64,000 nt of DNA from Selaginella moellendorffii (lineage: Eukaryota > Plantae > Lycopodiophyta). Made by a program: the position numbers and the translations under genes. The first letter of the stretch is position 1. Every line of letters starts with the position of its first letter. Of the stretch, positions 1-9,757 are shown piece after piece. The stretch covers positions 62,001 through 126,000 of the forward strand of contig NW_003314408.1 in NCBI RefSeq assembly GCF_000143415.4, given 5' to 3'. The notes beneath the pieces are model-generated. The model was given only the letters and a program-made list of their open reading frames with translations, was not told the origin of the DNA and searched no databases.

Positions 1-2
1 CT

Positions 3-3000
3 CCAGTTCGCGAAGCAAAGGGGAAGGGGGTCGATCTGGAAACTACCCCGAAGCAGAAAAGGGTGGTCAAGCTCAAGCCGACGTCTGACTCTCCTGCTCC
101 AAAAAAGAAGCTACTCGGTGATGCCATTGCCTCAGGTTCGAACACTACACCCACCAAAAAGAAGAGCCGCAAAGAGCAGAAAGAGCAAGAAGAGGCAGCA
201 AAAATCATCGCAGATAATAGTACTTGTTACTATTCTAACAAAGTATATACAATCGACGTGAGCCGTATCGACATCCAAAGCAAATACAACCACAGGCTAG
301 TATCTGATGAGTGGGTGAAGAAACTGAAGCAGAAGATGCTGGCAAGTCCAGTAACACCCGACATCGCAGACGTGATCCCCTACTACCGAACAATGAAGGG
401 CGAGACGAGGTTTCTAGACTTGATCAATAGGAAGGTGTTGGACGATCAAAACATCTGGTTCTATGCCGTCTCCGGGCAGCATTCTAGCTTGGCGATGCAA
501 GAGATAGTTGTGGATATTATGGTGGGCGAGGAGGTGAAGAAAGTCTTCAAGACAAGAGTTGTCCGCCTGATAAAAGGCAACTCGCCCCTCCGATCTATCA
601 TATACATCTCCCACGCGCAGAATGTCAAGCAAGAAACGTGCTACAAATCGGGTCTGCACGAGACATTGGCACGAACACGGAAGCTCTGGGTTCAGCTGAA
701 GAAGCCACAAAAATCAGGACAAGGACGTGCACTAGCAACTAGCGTCTGGCAGGTAAGCCTCGTTGCATGTGGCATAGCATGTGGCCTCACGCCATTTCCA
801 TTGCAGGAATTCTCGAGTCTTCTCTCGAAAACACTGGGGGTCAATGACACACTCAGCATCCATAACATTCTACTCGCGACAAAAGTTGTTTTTGACAAAT
901 GGGTAGATGTGCTGAGGAGGTACCATGACGGGGAGTTGCTAAACTCAATGGGTGTGGAGGACGGCCGGAAGCCCAATGATTTGAAGCTCAACGCCTTGCG
1001 TTTCTTGCGGTCTCTAGACGACGATGACCTTCTCACAGTGGCTAATGCTCTTCTACGTGGTGAGGTAGTCTTCAACAAGACCAAAATGACTCCTGGCCAT
1101 ATTGTGACATACGAGGACTTGTGCACGACTCTGAGAGCTTGTGCGCTATTGAAGGATTGGATCTTCGAGCAAGTGGCCGTGGAGAGGGTGAGCATCGACA
1201 CCACACAAGAGATGATGGAAGAGCTGGAGTTGTCAAATGAAGACATCGACGAGTACGTGAAGGGGGCCCCCAAGTTCATCGATCTGCTGCGGGATGCCAC
1301 GAAAAGTAAAGCTGAGAAGTTGGATCAGTATCCAAATTTCATTAGGAGGGATGTCGACCGCCGGCTTCAGAAACAGCTCGACCCCGCAGCAGAGGCCTAT
1401 CGAGAACCTTACCGGGTATACGTGAATTCGGATGAGGATCAAAGGTGGAGGAGCATCGTTTCCCGCGGAGATGAGTAGGTCAAGAACATCTTTTGTGTGA
1501 TGGACTTCACAAACGAGGAGATCACTCATGCAGACAAAGTCAGCTCCATCATTGACTTAATGGTGGGACTTGCGGAGGTGGAATCTTCAGTCCACTATAT
1601 GATCTACGACTCCGAATCCTATCACAAGTTTTGGAAGGCCTTGAACGAGGTGAAGGCTCGGTTGAAAGGCAAGGAGATGCAGGAGATCCATGGGATAATG
1701 GCTAAGAAGAAGATACCGATGAATGTCCGCATCTTCACACTCGCCTTTGTTATTGGTCCTGCAGCAGAGTGGGACTGGAGTGACTTCCCAGCTTCGTTCG
1801 ACAAGGCCGATCGAATTGATCTGAGGGAGGTCAATTTACCCGTGCCTGAGGAACTGAAGATGGCTATGGAGCTTTCGAATCTAGAGAAAGCTCCAGGTGC
1901 AGCATGGGAAATGCTCAGCTGGGTCTTCAACGCAATAGCAGGTGGGTCACCTGTTTCCGACTCTAAGGGCAAATGCATTGTCGAGTACAACTGCGGCGGA
2001 CTATTCTTTCGAGCCGCACTACTCAAGGGTGTCCCGTGTGTTGCGGTGACAAACTCCATTGAAAAGGTGACTTCAATGGAGCATATAATTACAGTTGCCA
2101 AAGAAAAATAGTATCTTCTCTGCGAACCTGGTGAGTACGCACTTTAAGTTTAAATGTTATCTCACAAGCTCTGTATGCAGGAGCGTGGCCACCCCCAGAT
2201 GCTAAAACGGCGTTAACAGCTACTGTTAAAGATACCCATGTTGGGCCGAGCTCACAACTTGCACAAGGTAAGGTCACGTGAGGCCTCACGCCATTTTGAT
2301 TATAGATCGTTGTGAATATTCAGACACGAGGACTAAAAAGCGCACTGGTGGCGCGCCGAAGAAGGACAAACAGACAAGCAATAGGAAAAAAGGAGGTACA
2401 AATTATATTTGCAATGGCGTGTGGTCTCATGCCATTCCTTGCAGGAGACACTTCTTCAAAGGCAAAACAGGCAAGCACTAGCCAAGCTCAAACTGACAGT
2501 GGTCATAAAAAGCGAAAGCACGTTGGACAGTCGTCGGGATCAGAGGCGTTTGATTCGAAAAGGAAGAAGGGCAACGAAAAGATGATAGGTAATGCCTCGC
2601 GGTTATGGCGTGTGTGCTCATGCCATTCATTGCAGATCAAGGGCTGAGTGAAAGCAGCCAGTCACCACCTCCTGACTCAGATTCCTATGGCGGACTCCCC
2701 TTCCCCAATCTCAATGGAGAGGTACAATGGATGAGGGATGCTTTTCAAGTCAGGGCCACGTTTTTCTCATCTCGTCGTCTTCGAAGGGTGCAAGAACGTG
2801 CAGAAACCATGTTAAGACAGTTGGGTGAGGATACGGTCCTAGGTCACGCACTAAAACAGGCTATGGATGTCTTGTATTTTGAGATGGAGACTCGGCCAGA
2901 TGATTTTCCCAAGATGGTCCTGGAAGAACAAGCCATCCAGCCTGAGCAGCCTATGGAAGAAATGCAGGAGGGGGATGAAGAGCCAGAGAAAGATAATGAG

Positions 3001-4961
3001 CAGGAAGAGCAGAAGGACGAAGAGGAGGACAAAGAAGAGGAGGACGAAGAAGAGGAGGACGAAGAGGACTTGGATGGTCCTCACAATGGTGACGATCACA
3101 ATAACGACGACAACGATGATGACGACGATGGCCAGCCTGAGGTGGCCAAAGAGCAGCGGAGGAAGGTCATACAAGACAAACCATCAGGTAAATAATAGTA
3201 CATCCATTCCTAACCTTTTACCATTTCTAACATTGTCCATGTAGGTCGCAAAGCAAATGGTAAGTAGAGATTATTCAATTGAATTAAGATACAAACTCTA
3301 GCCTTTAGTGTCGAGGAAGGATAGTGCCAAGCAAGGGTCGAAACGTATGTCCAATCCTTCAGAATCAGCAGTGCGCCCAAGTGATATCAGTCCTAGTTCC
3401 TCAATAGCAGTTGATGGTAAATACAGTATAGTCGATTCAATGTGCTAATGAGTTTATTTTTAGTAGCCAGTAGGGAGGATACCATCTCAATCGAAGGGAG
3501 ATATTTGGACATGCATATGGATCCGCCAGTGGACTCTACTTGCCTGCAAGAGTCATCAGAGCTGGTGGAGGCTACTATCCATATCAACGCCAAGCAAGTT
3601 GACCACGCTCCACTTGATGCTGCCCATACCACTAAGTCAATCTTGTCCACGTATCCAACTGACGGTGACCAGGCGCCATTGGACCCGCATGAGGCCGCCC
3701 CAGCCGCCGAGCCGGTCGTATCCTCATTTCCAACGGACTCAACGTGTGCCCAATCGTCTGACTGCGCGCCGTTGGAACCTCCCTACACCGCCCCTGCTGC
3801 CTGTTCGGTCATGTCCACTTTGCCAACGGAGGTACCAGCTGAAATGGCGTGTAATCACACGCCATCGGAACCACCCCATGCCACTATTGAGCCAGTTGTA
3901 CCAGAGTCTACAGCTGAAATGGCATGTGCCCACACGCCATCGGATGCGATTGACCCCACATTGTAGAGGAGAGTATTTTCGCCCTTCACGTTTCCTCGAC
4001 CAAAACCCTCTCAACGACCATCGGGAGCACCATTCGCTAATATTGTAGATGGTAAAATTGACTTGTACCATTTTTTATACTGACGCATTTCATTTCAGAG
4101 TCACGGCAAAGGTACTGTATCGTTTTTGATCTGAACGGTGTCCTTTTCTCCCATGAGCGTGGCTCGTCCTCGAATGTCACTGCACCCTCCAAAGCCTGCG
4201 GTCGCAAGTTGGTCAAAAGAGACAGATTCACATTAATCACACGGGAGAAACTGCGGGATCTAATAATGACCATGCGACACTTAAAACAGAGGGCCGGGTT
4301 CAATTTGCAATTGGGAGTTTGGACATCCATGATGCGCCACAATACATTAACGTTGCTACAGATGATGCATGATCAGACGCGAGTAATATCACCATTTGAC
4401 TTTCTCCTAACGCAGGAGGATTGCTTGACTATGGTCCATGTGAGGGGTAGCAAGCCCATCTTCGTCAAGCCAGAGGCTGTAGTGATGAACCGGACTGCTA
4501 GGTCAAGTGAAATCCTCATCATCAATGACTCGCCGATTAAAACTGTAGTGAACACGCACACATATGCAGTGCACCCCATCTCTTGCAGTATGGAAACTAG
4601 GGAGAAGAAACCGTATGTTCTGGAGGACCTTGCAAAACGGCTTGGAGCGATGGTGATAAAGAACCGGCCAGTCCAGGAGGTGGCTGCAGAAATCAACCAA
4701 ATGGCGGATGGAACGGTATATCAGAAGCCATTTGATCGGACAGACACCAGTCATCATTTATGGCATGTATATTGTCTAGCCAAGCACTATCCGCATCTCC
4801 ATAATCTGCTCAACTGGATGGGTTCTTCGACTACTGAACATGAGCGTGGACATATTAGAGAAGAGATGGCATTACTATTGGGTTTAAATCCTGATAGTGT
4901 GGAGAGTGATGAAATTCCAAGATTATTGTATAGGCGTTGGAGGCAAAAAATAACAGTCTGA
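3..4961 (+). pseudogene. Multi-exon gene, 5' end outside the window: ParB/DGQHR-like domain + degenerate beta-class DNA N6/N4-methyltransferase-like domain + acidic/repeat linker + FCP1/NIF HAD phosphatase-like domain. Three in-frame TAG codons; probably cargo of a large mobile element.
   Basis: Hand-spliced exons 3-752, 807-2130, 2181-2267, 2324-2395, 2445-2588, 2636-3187, 3245-3259, 3309-3416, 3467-4051 and 4099-4961 have GT-AG introns of 47-57 nt and keep one frame (4500 nt). In-frame TAG at 1476-1478, 2109-2111 and 3964-3966. Motifs: YNHRLVSDEWVKKL...FYAVSGQHS...ISHAQN (ParB-like); EK...EMLSWVF...IVEYNCGG..FRAALLKGVPCVAV (MTase motif X/I-like); IVFDLNGVL...GVWTS...ILIINDSPIK..N..YAVHP (FCP1/NIF-like). 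Domain calls are by eye. Confidence 0.75.
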
Positions 4962-5017
4962 GATGGCATGTATTTATTTAAAAATGTAACTTATTATGGC
5001 ATGGGGTTCCATGCCAT
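774..5017. repeat. Seven dispersed copies of a 22-bp palindrome ATGGCRTG-N6-CAYGCCAT
   Basis: 774-795 atagcatgtggcctcacgccat; 2273-2294 gtcacgtgaggcctcacgccat; 2414-2435 atggcgtgtggtctcatgccat; 2605-2626 atggcgtgtgtgctcatgccat; 3844-3865 atggcgtgtaatcacacgccat; 3919-3940 atggcatgtgcccacacgccat; 4996-5017 atggcatggggttccatgccat. Confidence 0.93.
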
Positions 5018-5833
5018 TGTATTAATATTAAAAGACAATTCTTTGAGAGGATTTGCATTATACTAGAAGTGTTACAGCATGTTATTGGAAGTCTACGAAG
5101 TTGTTTTATTAATAAGGGGAAAGTAAAGATTGAATGGGGACTTGGGCTCCACCTAGACTCGGAGCAACTGAGCTAATATTAAAAGGATGGAAAGAAATTT
5201 ATATTTATATACTATATAAAGGTTTGGAAACCTTATTTTACAAGTGGGATAATGACAATTCCCACTTTAACGAAATAGAGCTTTGAGAGAGACGTCTCAT
5301 CTTTGTGGTTACAACCCAAACCTGATCCGTCTCGCCAAAACATGTTTCGAGCTTCTTTTTGAACAATTGAAGATCCATCAGCTCCAGAACCACGACCCCT
5401 TTCATGCTCTTCTCCAAAAGCGGAGAAAACCATGACAAAGCTGCACCTTCGAGCAATGTCCTAATTGCGCCAATTTGAGACTTGGGAGTGGGGTACCACC
5501 GATGTTGAAGTGCAAAGATCAGCTCCATCTGGTTTAGAAATCCACAAAGCTCCGAACGCTTGCCTGAAAATTTTGCTGGGAAACTTACCTTCGGTTCAGG
5601 AACTTTGCTGAATCCTTGAGCTAAAAGTGAAGCAAGCTCCTGCTGTATGCGAAGAAGGGTCGCCTTCAGCTCAGTATTCTCAGACTAGATTTTTGCAAGG
5701 ACTTCGGCAAAGAAATTAGGATGGCTTGGAGACTCCATCGGCAAGAAGAAAGAAAAAAGGGGGAAAAAGACAAAGGCAATCAAGCAATTGAAACGAGCTA
5801 AAACAAAAACAAAAAGCACAATCTGAATCAAAT

Positions 5834-6193
5834 TGTCAAGACCCCCAACAAGATCAAGATTGGAAAATGCAAAAGAAAAAGAGAAAAACTAGTGGAAACA
5901 AAGAAGAAGCCTTAGATTAATGTTGATTCAAATTGTGGAGAAATGGAACAAAGCTAACCTATATATACTATAGGTGATGAAGCTCCACCACTCTTGGATC
6001 GAGGACGGCCTAAATATAGCTGAGGTCGAGAAGGCGCCACATCATCATCAGTAATGTGGCTCGAGACTCAGGAATCGTACAAGAAATCAGAGAGTTAGGA
6101 ATAGGGAAGTGTCACGAGAGTCAGGAATGTGGTCTGCAGGTCAGGAATCCAGCAAGAGTCAAGAATGTGGCAAGAATTGGGGGATTCCTGACA
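5834..6193 (-). repeat. LTR of the chromovirus (360 bp)
   Basis: tgtcaag...cctgaca termini. On the minus strand it is preceded by a polypurine tract (cttgaggagggggtgc) and followed by leader and gag. TATA-like sequence at about 5960-5967. Confidence 0.85.
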
Positions 6194-6319
6194 GCACCCC
6201 CTCCTCAAGAATGAGTGGAACGAAAATGTGAACGAGAACGAAGAGGAGGATGAAATGAGCGGCGAGGGATGGGAGATGGAGAAAAAGAATGAGGACTAGG
6301 ACGAGAAGGATAGCAGCAG

Positions 6320-6482
6320 TGGAAGTCCTGAACAAGGTTAGGAGAATGAATTAGGTTGTCCGCAGGTTCCCAAGTGCATTCCTCAGGTCCGTAACCCTTC
6401 TAGTCGACCAAATAGTAGAGTTTAGACCGTGAAATCTTGGAATCAAGGATGTCCTAAACCTCATACTCAGACCCATCCTCGA
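6320..6482 (-). other. Chromodomain at the integrase C-terminus (with stops)
   Basis: Minus-strand translation EDGSEYEV*DILDSKISRSKLYYLVD*KGYGPEECTWEPADNLIHSPNLVQDFH. Confidence 0.85.
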
Positions 6483-7742
6483 GCTGCACTGGTGGAGGCG
6501 GAGGAATGACCCGATTTGGAATAGGACTGGGAATATAAGGCTCAAGGAGAGAGGAGTGAAAAATGGGGTGAATTTGATATGAGGAGGGAAGTGCAAGGTG
6601 ATAAGTGACAGGATTAATGATGGCAGTGATAAGGAAAGAACTGAGGCGTTTGAAATCGAGTTTTGGACAAGGCCTAGTGGTGGAGATATTTCGCCTGAGG
6701 AGCCAGACTTTATCCCTGATATTGTAAGGGGGACAATCCTGACGATGGACATTGGCAAATGTTTTGTGAGATTCCTGAGCACGATGGAGGTGGAAGGAGA
6801 TGGAGTTGTGGATTTCCTGGAGGTTGGAGACAAATGCCTTAGAGCGGGGATTTGAACGAAAGGATTCAGATGGAGAAGGAAGTGAGATATTGAATCAGGG
6901 ATTTCAGCCAGAGTTCGCAAAGAAGGGGGAAATTCGAAGAGAGGAGTGAATAGAGTTGTTATAGGAGAACTCAGCAAGGGGAAGGCTATCGAATCAGTTA
7001 TCCTGATAATAGTTGATGAAGCACCTCAAGAATTGTTCCAACGTCTGAATCGTTCACTCGGACTGTCCATCAGTTTGAGGATGATATGCCGAAGAGAGGT
7101 TGGCCTTCACTCCAAGCAGCTGCAAAAACTGTTGCCAGAAATGAGAAATGAACTGAGGCCCCTAATCCGAAACCACATCTGTAGGAATCCCATGAAGTCG
7201 GAAAATTTCCCTGAATACCAATTTTGCCATGTCCTCACCCGAAAACTCCTTAGTACATGGCAAGAAGTGCGCCATCTTTGTGAAGCGATCCACTATGACT
7301 AAAATGCTATTGAAGCCTCTAGAACTCGAAAGATCACTCAAGAAATCCATGGAGATGGATTCCCAAGGACATGAAGGGACTGGGAGGGAACGAAGCAAAC
7401 CTGAAGGAAGGTGGCGAGGTACCTTATTTCGGGCGCAAGTGTCACAGGAGGTAACAAAAGTTTTGATGTAGTCATCCATGTGAGGCCACCAAAAGTCCCG
7501 TGCAACTAGCTCATAGGTTTTCGCAATGTCGAAGTGACCAGCAGTCGAGCTATCGTGGCACGCCATCAGGTGAGATCATCGGATTGAAAATCATTTCTGA
7601 TCGCATCCATCAAGGAGGAGTCCTAAGGGGCCAGGGAAATTGCCATAACTTAAAGCCAATCAGAACCGAGGATAACTTGATCCTGTTGATCAAAGGCAGG
7701 ATTACCAGGCCTGAGACTGAGATAGGAGCGCCTTGAAAGAGT

Positions 7743-9757
7743 TGTGAGACACAAAATCCCTAGGCCCCAAAGTGGAGCCAGAAGGGTGCCATGTGGTGAT
7801 GGCCAAAGCGAAAACCAAACGAGCGTACCACATTTGGACTAAAAGTTCTGACTTGAAAGGTCGAGAGCGGGAGTGGAACTCCCAACAAAGTGCTCGAGGA
7901 ACGAGCATGAAGCGAGCAATAAGCGAGGCTCCAAAAAGGGACCCAAAAGGACCAACACATGACACGTGGAAGAGTCCGAGATGGAGCCCGAGATGGAGTC
8001 CGAGATGGACCCGAGATGGAGTTCGAGATGGACTCAAGTTGGAGTCCGAAGTGGAGTCCGAGAAGGACCCCGAGATGGAGTCCGAGGTGGAGTCCGAGGT
8101 GGACCCAAGATGGACCTGAGATGGAGTCCGAGATGGACCCGAGGTGGACATGAGATGGAGTCCGAGATGGACCCAAGATGGAGTCCGAAGTCAAGACCGA
8201 GACCGAGACCGAGACCGAGACCGGGACTGAGACCGAGGCCGAGACCGAGCCCAAGTCCGAGTCCAAGTCCGAGTCCGAGTCCGAGTCCGAGTCTGAGTTC
8301 GAGTCTGAGAGGGTGAAAGCCCAAAGCTTTCGTCTCCCAGACCCTGGGGAGTTTGGTGAGCTCCAAAAGTATAGTGAGGGGGAGGACTGCAGTGGAGCCA
8401 GTTTGGAGTCCGAGATGGAGTTCAAGATGGACTCAAGTTGGAGTCCGAAGTGGAGTCCGAGGTGGAGTCCAAGGTGGACCTGAGATGGACCCGAGATGGA
8501 GTCTGAGATAGAGTTTGAGATGGAGTCTGAGATGGAGTTCGAGATGGACCCGAGGTGGACACGAGATGGAGTCCGAGATGGAGTCCGAAATGGACCCAAG
8601 ATGGAGTCCGAAGTCGAGACCGAGACCGAGACCGGGACCGAGACCGAGACCGAGACCGGGACCGAGACCGAGACCGGGACCGAGACCAAGACCAAGGCTG
8701 AGGCCAAAACCGAGCCCAAGTCCGAGTCCGAGTCCGAGTCCGAGTCCGAGTTCGAGTTTGAGAGGGTGAAAGCCCAAAGCGTTCGTCTCCTATACCCTGG
8801 GGGGTTTGGTGAGCTCCAAAAGTATAGTGAGGGGGAGGACTGCAGTGGAGCCAGTTTGGCTAGGAAAGGCTAGTTTGGCCCAGGAAGGCCGGACTCAGTG
8901 TTGGGTGATGAGCTGCCCACTGGGAAGTCCAAGACTAGAGTGAACACGGACCGACAAGCGGGGTAGCTGGGTGAAGTGTTCAAGAGCCGACTCTAGTTCC
9001 CTTGGGAGATCGACTGGCCGATGCTCCCAGTCCAAGTGTGGGTGGCACTACCTACTTTGATACCTGGTGTGGCTTAATGGAACCTCGCTCTAAGCCCATG
9101 GCTAGAGCACCTAAAGGTGGAAGGCGGGGAGAGTACCCATGAGGCCCGCGTAGGGCCACGGTGTTTCGAAATGTTGTCCCAAAGTCCCAGACTGTGGAAA
9201 GGAAGAGGAGTAGCCCTCTGGTGTGGTGACCAAGGACACAATCCCATGGTGAGGCAGTCCCAGAGGCCAGTGGACTTAGAGGTCAGGCCTACGGGCCTTG
9301 ATCTAGTGGCAGTGTTGGTGAATACGGCCATAGACGAAAAGGGACTTGGTGGGGACTGGAAAAGAGATATCAGGGAAGGTTATTCCCCATGTTTGTGAGC
9401 ATCTTAAGGATGCTAAGGAGTGGATCTAAGATGATCACTTATGGACGAAGGGCCTAGTCTTTGAGAGACAGGATTGTGATGCAGGTGGCGTTAGACCACC
9501 GGTGTGACCAAGGTGAATGGGTATGGCCTTAGCGTAACGGGCTGATATGTTGGTGGTACCTTGGGGTGCCAGTCATGGGATCGAACACGTGGAGCACTTG
9601 GACCAAGTGCAAAGGTGGAGTGGCATGGATGCCATTCTCGGGGCTAGCAAGCCCCAAGTCCTAACTAGGACTTATGGAGGTTGTGAATGAGACTCCTCCA
9701 AGTGGTCGGAGGTGCGGTTAAGTGACTAAAGTAAAATAGAAAAATTAGTCTCTTACA
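7743..9757 (+). repeat. 5' LTR of element B (2015 bp) with GAGTCC/GAGACC/GAGATG hexamer arrays and an internal duplication
   Basis: Matches 13813-15462. The block gggtgaaagcccaaag...gcagtggagccagtttgg occurs twice here (about 8310-8406 and 8764-8860) but only once in the 3' LTR. Confidence 0.9.

Noticed and set aside
774-5017. Palindromic repeats as a CRISPR array
   Set aside because: Spacing is irregular (75 to about 1500 bp), the copies lie within a spliced eukaryotic gene, and no cas genes are present.
4996-5066. Hairpin plus CTAG as a Helitron 3' end
   Set aside because: The hairpin is about 45 nt from the CTAG, farther than typical, and CTAG is not followed by T.
7702-8873. Many overlapping ORFs (SVSV, LGLG, PRPR, ESES)
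   Set aside because: Artifacts of stop-free hexamer repeats in the LTR; the same applies at 13830-14671.
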